The notes beneath the pieces are model-generated. The model made no database searches. It had not been told where the DNA came from and saw only the letters and a program-made list of their open reading frames with translations. A program made the position numbers and the translations under genes. This document shows positions 9,543 to 21,725 of a DNA stretch of 57,666 bases, piece after piece (position 1 is the stretch's first letter; the number at the start of each line of letters is the position of its first letter). The stretch is taken from contig JAOZPT010000005.1 of the NCBI GenBank assembly GCA_029932605.1, positions 1 through 57,666 of the forward strand. Reading direction: 5' to 3'. Source of the DNA: Candidatus Zixiibacteriota bacterium (GTDB lineage: Bacteria; Zixibacteria; MSB-5A5; UBA10806; 4484-95).

Positions 9543-11303
9543 TCACCCCTCGGGAGTGATTCTAACAGATTGAATATCTTCAGGAAATCTGTATTTCTTC
9601 AGCCATTTTTGATCTATACTAATAAGAGCAGAGTTTCGCCATTTATCAAGCAGGAGTTTTTTAACCTTGGCATCGGCCAATTCAACAAGGTGCCTTCTGA
9701 TACCCGGCCTAACCTGATTCAACTTTTTATCAGCTCTGCGGTTAACAAGTTTGGTGATATGATAGCCCCATTTGGTCTTAATTGGTGTCGATATCTCACC
9801 AACCTCAAGCTCATTAACACGATTAAAGAAATCGGGACCCATATCCTGCTCCGAGATGTAACCAAGGTCATATGCGACTTCCCTTATCTCTGGCTCACCG
9901 GGATAATATCGCAAAGCCATTTCTTTGAAATCTGCTCCCGCTACAATCGAGTCCCTGATAATGGCCGCAAAAGCCGAGTCCTCAAAGATTATGTGTTGGA
10001 CCTGTAATGGCCTTTTCTCCTTGTAAAGCTCCTCGAAATGCTCGTTATAATACTTCTCTATTTCCTCTTCGGTTGGTTGATATTCAAGATCACGCATCAT
10101 CCTGCCGACTTCAAGCTCGGCCTGCCTGTAAGTAAAATCATCGAACACTTTTTTCGCCTCGGGTGTATCGTAATAACCAAGTTCCTTACCAGCTGCTCTT
10201 AAAAGGTATGTAACCGCTATCTCCATTAACATTTCTCTCTTGGCCTCCGTTGTAGGTTCGGTAATCTTTTTAAAACGCATATATTTCGGAAATAATTCCT
10301 GAACCCTTTTTTCAAAAACGGTATCGATATCGTTAACTACCATAACCCACAACCCGGGATCCAGCAAACTATCCGGTTGCGCTAACGCCTCATCATTAAA
10401 GGTATACTTCGCCAGAGCTTTCAACGAATCAACAAACTGGTCAGCACGTTCCTTTTCTTTATCCCTAAATAGCATTCCCTTGATGTTATTACGCAGACTA
10501 TCATTAAGCTCCTGTATAGATTCCTGCTTATGGTCTTCAACCCTGATGATATGATAGCCAAACTTAGTTCTGATCGGTCCTACTATTTCGCCGACATCTG
10601 CGGCGAAAGCCGCTGAATCAAACTCAGCAACCATTCTGCCATGACCAAAATACCCAAGATCTCCACCTTTTTGATTGTTGCTATTATCCTGAGAATACTT
10701 TACCACCAGACTATCCCAATCCTCACCAGCCTTAGCCTTAACCAAAATAGCTTCAGCACGTTGAAGAGCCTCCTCTTCATTTTCCTGAACAATCTTCATT
10801 TTTACCTTCTCGGAACTAACCCCTGCCGTATCAGGTTTTGGCACTTTCACAAGTATGTGCGACGCTTTTATCTGTTCTGGTAACACGAACTTATCAGGAT
10901 TCTCTTTATAAAATGAATCGATCTGTGTTGAATCGATTTTTATTTTAGCCGAAATCTCATGGTCAAACATCAACCTGAAAACCGTATTAGCAACTTCGCT
11001 ATTACGTTTCTCAACGAAATCCCTATCATTCCCCAGTTCTATCGCAATCGAATCCCGGCGTATCTCAATTAACTTTAAGTCAATAAGTGAATCCAGCAAA
11101 GCCAGTTTTAATGACTCGGTGTCGGTGGTGTCAGTTATGGTTATCCCCAGCTCTCTCACCAAAGAATCAAGCTCATCGGTGGTTACCGCCTTGCCATCAA
11201 CTCTGGCTAAGATCCGGGTTTCTTTCACAGACCGGCTTGGTCCGAAAATACAAGAGGTGAAATAAAGCCCAGCAACGATAATCGCCAACACAAATTTTTT
11301 CAT
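9543..11303 (-). CDS. PpiC/parvulin-type peptidyl-prolyl isomerase lipoprotein (two rotamase domains)
   Basis: Lipobox-like FTSC; ASHIL...GGDLGYF...FGYHII and VQHII...DLGYI...WGYHI. Confidence 0.88.
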   Translation of the reverse strand: MKKFVLAIIVAGLYFTSCIFGPSRSVKETRILARVDGKAVTTDELDSLVRELGITITDTTDTESLKLALLDSLIDLKLIEIRRDSIAIELGNDRDFVEKRNSEVANTVFRLMFDHEISAKIKIDSTQIDSFYKENPDKFVLPEQIKASHILVKVPKPDTAGVSSEKVKMKIVQENEEEALQRAEAILVKAKAGEDWDSLVVKYSQDNSNNQKGGDLGYFGHGRMVAEFDSAAFAADVGEIVGPIRTKFGYHIIRVEDHKQESIQELNDSLRNNIKGMLFRDKEKERADQFVDSLKALAKYTFNDEALAQPDSLLDPGLWVMVVNDIDTVFEKRVQELFPKYMRFKKITEPTTEAKREMLMEIAVTYLLRAAGKELGYYDTPEAKKVFDDFTYRQAELEVGRMMRDLEYQPTEEEIEKYYNEHFEELYKEKRPLQVQHIIFEDSAFAAIIRDSIVAGADFKEMALRYYPGEPEIREVAYDLGYISEQDMGPDFFNRVNELEVGEISTPIKTKWGYHITKLVNRRADKKLNQVRPGIRRHLVELADAKVKKLLLDKWRNSALISIDQKWLKKYRFPEDIQSVRITPEG

Positions 11304-11373
11304 TATCTATCTCCTGAACTAACTTTATAATTTACCACTCCATTGCTTAAAAAATTAATTAACATTTCAGTGA

Positions 11374-13467
<2,094 letters not shown>

Positions 13468-13555
13468 TGCTTTCAGTTGTTACCATTTCTTTCGAGATAA
13501 CCATTATCGGCAGACCTGCAAAACTAAGTCATTTAAAATAAGTTGCTTGTAAAAG

Positions 13556-14011
13556 ATGAATAACATTGAAGCCGCAGAGATGTTTTTAGAGCTAGCCGAC
13601 TTAATCGACCTCGCCGGCGAACTTCCTTTCAAGGCTCGCTCTTACAGAAAAATAGCTCAAAGTCTGAAAAACCTCAAACAACCTTTCGCTGATATAGTAA
13701 AAGAAAACAGATTTGATAAAATCCCAGGTGCCGGTAAAGCGATTAAGGAAAAACTGAGAACAATGGTTGAAACAGAAAGGATTCCAACACTTGAAAAATG
13801 GCGAAAACATCATGTAAAACTTTTTTATCGGTGGCTAACACTTTATGATATCAAACCCCGGCCACTGGGCATGTTGATAAGATTACTCGATGCTTCTGAT
13901 TGCGAGGATCTTCTGAAAAAACTAAAATCATACGACTTGAAAAAATTGACAGGCCAAGTAAAACAAACCGCCAAGAAAATCCTCGACAAAAATCGGATTG
14001 TTTACTATTAA
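13556..14011 (+). CDS. Stand-alone DNA polymerase X N-terminal (8 kDa lyase/HhH plus fingers) protein
   Basis: ELADLIDLAGELPFKARSYRK...KIPGAGKAIKEKL matches PolX N-terminus; no palm or PHP domain follows. Confidence 0.75.
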   Translation: MNNIEAAEMFLELADLIDLAGELPFKARSYRKIAQSLKNLKQPFADIVKENRFDKIPGAGKAIKEKLRTMVETERIPTLEKWRKHHVKLFYRWLTLYDIKPRPLGMLIRLLDASDCEDLLKKLKSYDLKKLTGQVKQTAKKILDKNRIVYY

Positions 14012-14026
14012 ATCGGGGAGATTGTA

Positions 14027-15088
14027 ATGGATTTGGAAAAAAAATCTGCAATATCATTGAGCTCGGTAGCGTTGCCGGTTCTGGCTATCTCTGCGGCAGC
14101 TGTCATTTTCTACTATGCCGCCCCGATTCTCATTCCCATGACAATAGCCATTGCCACCGCCTATACCCTGACACCGGTGGTGGTTTTCCTTAAGAGGTTA
14201 AAAGTCCCACACTTCCTGGCGGTTTCAACTGTGATGCTTCTTCTGTTGGGCATTGGGGTTTTTATCGCAGTATTGCTTATCTCCGAAATAGCCCAGCTTG
14301 CTCGCGATCTACCGAAATACCAGAAGACAGTCATGCATTTTTTCACAAATTTCCAAGCACAGTTATCTTTGTACCTTCAGCAGTTCCCAGGACTTTTCCC
14401 CGATATAACGGATATAAAAATCGAACCGTCTCACTTCTCCGGTCTGGGCAAGATAATTTTCAAGGGTGTTGGCTCTGTTACTTCGTTGGCTTTCAGTGGG
14501 TTTCTGCTTTTCTTCCTCACTTATTTCATGCTCTCAGACTATGAACTTTTTGTTGAAAAACTAAGAGCCCTCTTTGGCAAAGGTAAAAAGCAAACCACCT
14601 CAGCTATAATCAACCAGATAGACAAACAGCTCCGCGGTTTCATCACTGTCAAGCTCGGGGTCACAATCGGCCTTTCAGTCGTATTTACTGCCGGGCTTCT
14701 GATCATGGGTGTAAGGTACGCATATATATGGGGACCGCTGGCCGGCGTGCTGAACCTGATACCCTATGTCGGTGCTATAATTGGCGCCATCCCACCAGTT
14801 ATAATCGCCGGGGTTACCAAGGGGTCGCTTTCGTCCATGATATGGGTAGTTCTGTTTTTCACTGTTGTCCAGCTGCTTGAATCGAACCTCATCACCCCCA
14901 AACTTACTTCCGACTCGGTTGATTTGAATCCTCTGGCGGTGCTGGTTGCCTCTATAATCTGGGGTTACTTGTGGGGCGGTGTAGGTGTACTTCTGGCAGT
15001 ACCGATAACTGCCACTATCAAAGTCATCTGCGACAATATCGAGGCTTTAGAACCTATAGGGGTACTGTTAGGAGGCAGGAGGAATTGA
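14027..15088 (+). CDS. AI-2E family transporter
   Basis: LNLIPYVGAIIG, QLLESNLITPKL, LNPLAVL, WGGVGVLLAVP motifs. Confidence 0.92.
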   Translation: MDLEKKSAISLSSVALPVLAISAAAVIFYYAAPILIPMTIAIATAYTLTPVVVFLKRLKVPHFLAVSTVMLLLLGIGVFIAVLLISEIAQLARDLPKYQKTVMHFFTNFQAQLSLYLQQFPGLFPDITDIKIEPSHFSGLGKIIFKGVGSVTSLAFSGFLLFFLTYFMLSDYELFVEKLRALFGKGKKQTTSAIINQIDKQLRGFITVKLGVTIGLSVVFTAGLLIMGVRYAYIWGPLAGVLNLIPYVGAIIGAIPPVIIAGVTKGSLSSMIWVVLFFTVVQLLESNLITPKLTSDSVDLNPLAVLVASIIWGYLWGGVGVLLAVPITATIKVICDNIEALEPIGVLLGGRRN

Positions 15089-15218
15089 AATTTTAACTAA
15101 CGTCAATTAAATAAAGATCTTTACTTCTGTCCGCTTTTTTTAAAGAAATCCTCATTTGATAAATGTAATTTATAAAGTATTCTCACCATTATAAGCTTAT
15201 CCAATTGACTATATTTTA

Positions 15219-15590
15219 TTAAAAATTTATTACCTTATCAGCATCTATCACAAAATCCAAAAACTGACCGATATTCATCAACTCAACACCATCAATAATC
15301 TCTGTTTGATTCAAGCCTCTTTCTTTAAGACATGTTCCACAGGCGAAAATTTCAATTCCAGCCTTTACTGCTGCTTTTACAAGATCCTCGCAATTTGGCG
15401 AAATCTCGTGCATCACACCGGGTAATTCGGTAACTTTTTGACCTTCTTTAACCACCGAGACAGCATCCTCTAAAAGAACGATTTTAACATGGTGATCATC
15501 TGTTCTAGCCCTCATGGCGAATCTGTAAGCCGTAACAAATCTCTGCTTTCCATAAGCTGGCTCAGTTATCGTTAATAAAAGTTTAGCCAA
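15219..15590 (-). CDS. DsrE/DsrF-like family protein
   Basis: LLEDAV and CGTCLKERG motifs; TTG start with GGAGG SD. Confidence 0.85.
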   Translation of the reverse strand: MAKLLLTITEPAYGKQRFVTAYRFAMRARTDDHHVKIVLLEDAVSVVKEGQKVTELPGVMHEISPNCEDLVKAAVKAGIEIFACGTCLKERGLNQTEIIDGVELMNIGQFLDFVIDADKVINF

Positions 15591-15690
15591 TTTTCCTCCA
15601 GTTCATACTTTAACAAAAATTTTTATCTGGATGATTTTCTAAAAAATGGTGGTCAACACAAAAAACTAATGCAATCTGCGCCATTTTGAT

Positions 15691-17034
15691 TCAATCTGTC
15701 TGAAGTTTTTTAATTATCTCATCAACCTTGCATTTCAGCAAAGAGTCATGATTAAAAGAATCAGAGATTTTATTAATCGAGTGGATAACCGTGGAGTGGT
15801 CCCTACCGCCGAAAAATTCACCTATTGTCTTGAGAGAGTAAATAGTGTAATGCCTTGCAATATACATGGCTATCTGGCGTGCAGTGGCCACCTCGTATGT
15901 CTTGCTCTTACTTTTTACACTATCCGGGGAGATTTTAAAATGCTCCGCTACTACCTTCTGGATTCTATCAAGAGATAACTCTTTGGGCTTTCTTTTCTCT
16001 TTTTTATCGATCATCTCGGCAACGAATTCCATAGAGATATCTTTTCCTGTAAGCGAATGATAGGCACTTAATCGGACAAGAAAGCCCTCGAGCTCACGTA
16101 TATTTGACCGAACCTTGTCGGCTATGAAAGATGCAACATCATCAGGTATATCAAGATTCTCGGTTTCAATCTTTTTGTTCAAAATCGCCAGTCTCATCTC
16201 AAAATCAGGTGGCTGTATATCTGCCACGAGGCCACACTGAAACCTTGAAAGAAGTCGTTCCTCAAGCCCGTATATCTCATGTGGTGGCCTATCTGAGGTC
16301 AAAACAATTTGCCTACCGGACTGATGCAGGGCATTGAAAGTGTGGAAAAACTGCACCTGAGTGGCTTCTTTGCCGGTTAAAAACTGTATATCATCAATTA
16401 AAAGTAGGTCTATGTTACGGTAATAGTTAGCGAAATCAGCGGTTTTATGTGTGGCAATGGCATTGATAAAATCATTGGTAAATTTCTCCGAGGTAACGTA
16501 AAGGACAGTCAAATCGCTCGAACTTTGCATCACGAAATTACCAATAGCCTGGGCCAGATGGGTTTTGCCAAGTCCCACACCACCATATATATAAAGAGGA
16601 TTGAATTTATTACGACACGGGGCCTCAGCTACCGCCAGAGCGGCAGCATGGGCAAATTGGTTGGAATCACCAACGACGAAACTCTCAAATGAATAACGTG
16701 GATTCAAGAACGTATCATCATAAAAATCTAATTTCTTTTCCTCCATTTTATTCATCTCCGGCAAAGCTAATTCCTGATCATCAGAAGATACGGTAAACCT
16801 TATTACTTTGCTTTCGCCAAAAATAGCAACAACAGCCTCGTCTATATGACTTTTATAATGACCCTCAAGCCAATTCGCCACAAAACGGTTAGGAACACTT
16901 ATCTTAATCTCACCACCATTGTTTTCTATAAGCCTCGTTGGTTTTAACCAAGTGTTGAAAACTTGAGGTTTAACCTTATCCTTCAATATCTCCAGGCAAT
17001 CCTGCCACCCTGAATTCGACAACTTTGTTCTCAA
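15691..17034 (-). CDS. dnaA: Chromosomal replication initiator DnaA
   Basis: FNTWLKP, YGGVGLGKTHL, LLIDDIQFL, RLLSRF, NIRELEG, FGGRDHSTVIHS; TTG start. Confidence 0.98.
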   Translation of the reverse strand: MRTKLSNSGWQDCLEILKDKVKPQVFNTWLKPTRLIENNGGEIKISVPNRFVANWLEGHYKSHIDEAVVAIFGESKVIRFTVSSDDQELALPEMNKMEEKKLDFYDDTFLNPRYSFESFVVGDSNQFAHAAALAVAEAPCRNKFNPLYIYGGVGLGKTHLAQAIGNFVMQSSSDLTVLYVTSEKFTNDFINAIATHKTADFANYYRNIDLLLIDDIQFLTGKEATQVQFFHTFNALHQSGRQIVLTSDRPPHEIYGLEERLLSRFQCGLVADIQPPDFEMRLAILNKKIETENLDIPDDVASFIADKVRSNIRELEGFLVRLSAYHSLTGKDISMEFVAEMIDKKEKRKPKELSLDRIQKVVAEHFKISPDSVKSKSKTYEVATARQIAMYIARHYTIYSLKTIGEFFGGRDHSTVIHSINKISDSFNHDSLLKCKVDEIIKKLQTD

Positions 17035-18220
17035 TGTGGAAAACTTGTTTAATTATGTTTAAAACAAAACCCTACAGCCCCAACAAAATGGGCTTTACCG
17101 CCTCGCAAGAATATGCTGATTACAGAAAATCTACTGTCTTGATGAGGAGTTTAATACCCAATCAACACACCCAGCCCCCCTCCCGCTAACAAACTCCTTG
17201 CCCCAACAAACAGTGTTAAATAAAAATATTAACGCTATAAAAAGTCAAGAAATATGCGTAATATATTTTCTAAAACGTGTATCTTACGATTACTTTTTAC
17301 ATTGCAAGCTCGTTTTCTCAATCAGCAACTTTTATAATCGTAAGTTACGAGGAAGATTTGATACGTATGTTTGACCAGTATCTTTTACATACAACTAATT
17401 AGCATGTTCATTGCCTTTACTACAAGGCAAAAAGATAAACCACAATCATCACAGACACATTTCAAAATTGTAAATGTGAAATTCAACCCCGTTCATAACA
17501 AATTAAAACAATATGTATCAGGAAAAGGTTACCATAAACCTTTAAATAAATATTTAATAATTGTTGAGTACTTGTAGAAACAATATGAGAAAATGTTAAT
17601 TTCATATCAACAAAAAAGAATTAAAATAGAAAAATGAAGAAACATGTTTACCGATCAAGTTACTACATTATCGACGTAATAATAGAACCGCCTATTATGA
17701 ATTACCTTGCAAAAAGAAGCCGAAAAAATTAACAAATAAACATGCTTAATATTATTTACTATTTATATAGAACGTTATAATCATTAAGACTAAGTTAGTC
17801 TAGATTTTTTTATGATTTTCTCCTGGCGATGAGTTATTTATTCGGTAGCTTAAAATAGTTAAAATTTATCGTGGGGTTGAAATAGAATCACTTTACGGCC
17901 ATTTTTCGTTCAGGGAAGGCCAAAATATGAGTAATTGATAAACGAATGCTTTTTAATACGGAAACGATGATAAACTGGAGATTTATATATCGAAACCTTA
18001 TTTGTTGCTGCGAGATATAGTTGCCTGAGAGCTTGAAATAGAATCCCTTAAGTAACCGACGGGGATTAAAAAGCTGGTATTTTGTATGTTTGAAATATTT
18101 GAATTGACAGAAATAGAAATTTGATGGATAATATTACTACTATGTGACAGAATCTTAGCTTTGAAAGTTTTAGCTTGGGGGTATGCAATCCCTTGATAGA
18201 GCTACGATCATGGAGGAGAA
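17035..18220. other. Probable chromosomal replication origin (oriC)
   Basis: 1.2 kb AT-rich spacer between dnaA and dnaN; DnaA-box-like 9-mers; tandem box plus trio-like tract at 17726-17769; apparent C-rich to G-rich switch (judged by eye). Confidence 0.75.
18104..18132 (+). promoter_or_regulatory. Sigma70-type promoter for dnaN
   Basis: TTGACA-17 nt-GATAAT. Confidence 0.55.
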
Positions 18221-19339
18221 ATGAGATTTAAAACTAAGAAGGTTGATCTAAATGCAGCGGTTTCTCGCATGCAGAGCATTGTCCCACCCAAGTCAACATT
18301 ACCTATACTTTCGAACATATTGTTTGATATAGAGGACGATCGTCTCCAGTTGAAGGTTACCGATCTTGATGTCTCGATGACAACGTTTATTGATGTTGAG
18401 ATTATGAAAAAGGGGAGTATTGCTGTTCCGGCTCGGGTGTTCTCTGAGATAGTCAAGGAACTCCCTGATTATGATCTTGAGGTATCCTCGACAGAGAACA
18501 GGATGGAAATCAAATGTGGTTCAGGTATTTATAAGCTTTCTGGTTTCTCGGCGGAGGATTTTCCTAAGATGCCGGATGTTCATATCGGTCGTCAGGTTAA
18601 AATTAAGGCTCAAGCGCTCTGCAGGATGGCAAGAAAGGTTCTATTCGCTGTATCGAGAGATGAAACACGGCCAGCGTTAAACGGCGTTTTATGGCATACA
18701 TCGGAGGAGGGTTTAAATCTGGTGGCTACGGATGGGCACAGGCTGGCTAAAATTACAAGGAGCGATGTAAAAATACCAGGACAAAAAAACGATATTATCG
18801 TTCCTCCTAAGGTGTTGGATAACCTTGTGAAGCTGATAAGTGATGATGTCGAGGAAATAGGCATCATTTTGAACAAGAACTCGATCGTATTCGTGTTTGA
18901 GAATGGCGTAATCACCTCAAGGCTTCTTGAGGGACCATATCCCAACTACGAACAGGTAGTACCAAAAGATAATGACAAAGTGCTTCTCGTTGAAAAGGAG
19001 GCTTTACAGGCTGCCGTAAGAAGAGTTTCCATTCTATCTAACTCAATGACCCACCAGGTGAAATTCTCATTAAAAGAAAACAGCATGGAATTGTCAGCAG
19101 CGAATTTCGATTTTGGCGGTGAAGCAAAGGAAACAATGGAGGTGTCATACACGTCAGAGGCAATGGATATCGGCTATAACTCTCATTATATCCTTGATGT
19201 CACTAAACAGATCGATAATGATGAAGTTCGTTTTGAACTTAATAATCCTACTACAGCGGCTATTATTAAACCGCAGAAACCGGTAGAAAAAGAGAAATGC
19301 CTGTATCTCGTCATGCCTTTAAGACTTATGGACCAGTAA
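18221..19339 (+). CDS. dnaN: DNA polymerase III beta sliding clamp
   Basis: LPILSNIL, RPALNGV, VATDGHRLA, SRLLEGPYPNYEQVVP, YLVMPLR; SD GGAGGAG. Confidence 0.98.
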   Translation: MRFKTKKVDLNAAVSRMQSIVPPKSTLPILSNILFDIEDDRLQLKVTDLDVSMTTFIDVEIMKKGSIAVPARVFSEIVKELPDYDLEVSSTENRMEIKCGSGIYKLSGFSAEDFPKMPDVHIGRQVKIKAQALCRMARKVLFAVSRDETRPALNGVLWHTSEEGLNLVATDGHRLAKITRSDVKIPGQKNDIIVPPKVLDNLVKLISDDVEEIGIILNKNSIVFVFENGVITSRLLEGPYPNYEQVVPKDNDKVLLVEKEALQAAVRRVSILSNSMTHQVKFSLKENSMELSAANFDFGGEAKETMEVSYTSEAMDIGYNSHYILDVTKQIDNDEVRFELNNPTTAAIIKPQKPVEKEKCLYLVMPLRLMDQ

Positions 19340-19442
19340 GACATCTCGTCCCCGTTTGTATAACTTTTGTTTTTATGCTAAGCAACTTAATCTTTACAGG
19401 ATATCATACATAGAAATTATTTGGTAGTTGATCGGGTTCGAA

Positions 19443-20228
19443 ATGATTTTAGCTGTTGATATCGGCAATACTACCACAATGTTTGGTATGTTTTCAGGAA
19501 ATAAACTGATAGATTATTTCCGTATCGATTCCAGGGGCAATAAGGAATATGGTAGCTTAATGACCGTTGATGAACTTGGAATTATGGTCACTCAACTCTT
19601 AAAATCTCATAGTAAAACGGAAAATGATGTTGAGGGCATGGCGCTCTGCTCGGTGGTGCCTGATTTAAACCCTGTTTATATTGGGTTGGCAGACAAATAT
19701 TACGGCGTTAAACCCTGGTTGTTGGATTGTAACGCAACTCTGGATATGAAGATACTGTATGATGACCCAAGGCAGGTTGGCGCTGATAGGCTGGCAAATG
19801 CATTGGCGGCTAAAAAACTTTATGGAACTCCAGCGGTGGTGGTCGATTTGGGTACCGCCACCACATTTGATGTTATAAATTCCGAGGGCGATTATATCGG
19901 GGGAGTTATCGCCCCCGGTGTTCTGACCTCCTCAGCAGAACTTTTTCGAAGGGCCGCTAAGTTGTTCCCGGTCAAGCTTGAAAGACCCGAAAAGTGTATA
20001 GGCAGGAACACCGCCGATTCGATGAGATCAGGGATATTCTACGGTTCATTGGGACAGATGGACTATTTAATATCGAGAATAATATCCGAGATGAATGAAA
20101 AAGATATCAGGGTTATCGCCACCGGCGGCCATGCCGAGAAATTCGCCCCCTTCTCGAAATATATACAGAAAGTCGACCCAACATTGACGCTTAAGGGTAT
20201 AATGATGGCTTATGAGAGAAATGTATAG
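19443..20228 (+). CDS. coaX: Type III pantothenate kinase
   Basis: AVDIGNT, VGADRLAN, VVDLGTATTFD, GGVIAPG, IATGG. Confidence 0.95.
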   Translation: MILAVDIGNTTTMFGMFSGNKLIDYFRIDSRGNKEYGSLMTVDELGIMVTQLLKSHSKTENDVEGMALCSVVPDLNPVYIGLADKYYGVKPWLLDCNATLDMKILYDDPRQVGADRLANALAAKKLYGTPAVVVDLGTATTFDVINSEGDYIGGVIAPGVLTSSAELFRRAAKLFPVKLERPEKCIGRNTADSMRSGIFYGSLGQMDYLISRIISEMNEKDIRVIATGGHAEKFAPFSKYIQKVDPTLTLKGIMMAYERNV

Positions 20229-20357
20229 ATTGTAATGGCGGACGCTGTGTATGCCAGTAGTCTACGTTAAAGTTAATCAAGGGTAAAATCCTGCCCTTGC
20301 TCTTGGTGTTGACGGGATAGTTTACTACGTTTATAGCAGACAGGTACCCTTAAGCAC

Positions 20358-20384
20358 GTAGGGGCGTATTGCAATACGCCCCTA
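20358..20384. repeat. GTAG-type REP palindrome
   Basis: GTAGGGGCGTATTGCAATACGCCCCTA containing a perfect 26 bp palindrome between convergent coaX and lptB; degenerate copy at 52666-52692. Confidence 0.8.
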
Positions 20385-20430
20385 TTAATTTGATATGAAA
20401 TATAGTTGTAATCAAGATTTGAAAATTAAA

Positions 20431-21156
20431 TCAAACCAACCTAAACTTCTCACCCAGATAAATCTTTTTTGCCTCGGGGTCATTGGCCAAAAACTCGGAA
20501 GTACCGGATTTAAGGATCTCACCTTCGCATATAATGTATGCCCGGTCGGTTATCGATAGAGTTTCGCGCACGTTGTGATCGGTCACGAGAATACCCAAGC
20601 CCTTCTCTTTAAGGCGGTAGATTATTTTCTGTATCTCCTCGACCGTAATCGGGTCTATTCCGGAGAACGGTTCATCTAAAAGGATAAATTTTGGCTCGGT
20701 AACAAGCGCCCGGGCGATTTCGACCCGCCTTCGCTCACCACCGGAGAGGTTATAGCCCTTTGAGTTGGCAAGATACTTAATATCGAGTTCTGAAAGTAGC
20801 TGGTCGAGTTTTTGTTTGCGTTCGGCTTTGCTTAAATCCATGTATTCAAGTATAGCCATGATATTCTCCGCTACGGTCATTTTGCGAAAGATTGATGGTT
20901 CCTGTGGGAGATAGCCAATGCCCTTTCTGGCACGACGATACATCGGCCAACCGGTAATATCTTCACCATCGAAAAGCACATGCCCATCGTTAGGTTTTAT
21001 CAAACCGGTTATCATATAGAATGTGGTTGTCTTACCGGCGCCGTTTGGTCCTAAGAGGCCGACTATTTCGCCGGCGCTGAAATCGATCGATATGCCGTTT
21101 ACGACTCTCCTTTTGTGATATATTTTTACTAATTTATGGCAACTCAATGCGGTCAT
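20431..21156 (-). CDS. lptB: LPS export ABC transporter ATPase LptB
   Basis: [53 protein letters not shown]. Confidence 0.97.
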   Translation of the reverse strand: MTALSCHKLVKIYHKRRVVNGISIDFSAGEIVGLLGPNGAGKTTTFYMITGLIKPNDGHVLFDGEDITGWPMYRRARKGIGYLPQEPSIFRKMTVAENIMAILEYMDLSKAERKQKLDQLLSELDIKYLANSKGYNLSGGERRRVEIARALVTEPKFILLDEPFSGIDPITVEEIQKIIYRLKEKGLGILVTDHNVRETLSITDRAYIICEGEILKSGTSEFLANDPEAKKIYLGEKFRLV

Positions 21157-21725
21157 TTTTTCTCGAATTTCGCTTTCTCCGCCTCAGGTATTTTTTTTAC
21201 CGTGCCAGCGACATCCTTTAATATCTCGATATTCTTAAGGTTACGGTCAGCTTTAAGGCCCCAGCCGGTTAAAATATCACCATCGGGACGATGGATTTCC
21301 ACATAGTCATCGGTGGTGATTAATCTTGTCTCGGGGTTCCAGAAAAGTGACTCTGTCGTTAGTACGGTCGAATCTTGAGCGGTGCCTACAACATTGCCGA
21401 ACAGGGCCAGCACCTCTTTTTTCTCTCGTATAAGGCATCTATTCGCTGTTAGTATTGACTGTTTATTGCCGTCGGTATCGCAGAAGGTGATCTCAACAGT
21501 ATCAGCCTCGGTTGAGTCGTTTTTCTCCCAGCGATCGATGTGAACAGCCTTAACCAAAACACTTTTTCTGCCGTCCCGGGTGAGGATAATTGTGGCGTCG
21601 TCGAGCTGCGAATCCGGGAGGTTGTCAACATCGCCCGTCTGTTGGGGATAGTCGGTTTTTGAGCAAGCTATTGATATGGTAATTAAAATCATGAATGGTA
21701 TTATTATGGCCTTTATTTGATTCAT
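21153..21725 (-). CDS. lptC: LPS export periplasmic protein LptC
   Basis: N-terminal anchor, beta-jellyroll-like GNVV...LTTESLFW...ITTDDYV...GWGL pattern, adjacent to lptB. Confidence 0.8.
   Translation of the reverse strand: MNQIKAIIIPFMILITISIACSKTDYPQQTGDVDNLPDSQLDDATIILTRDGRKSVLVKAVHIDRWEKNDSTEADTVEITFCDTDGNKQSILTANRCLIREKKEVLALFGNVVGTAQDSTVLTTESLFWNPETRLITTDDYVEIHRPDGDILTGWGLKADRNLKNIEILKDVAGTVKKIPEAEKAKFEKK

Noticed and set aside
8982..10007. 341-aa plus-strand ORF
   Set aside because: Antisense shadow of the polyprenol kinase and PPIase genes; no recognisable motifs
17371..17577. 68-aa ORF in the dnaA-dnaN spacer
   Set aside because: TTG start, no SD, no motif, lies within the putative oriC box cluster
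17877..18051. TTGAAATAGAATC repeats as a degenerate CRISPR array
   Set aside because: Only two copies 156 bp apart, no regular spacers, no cas genes
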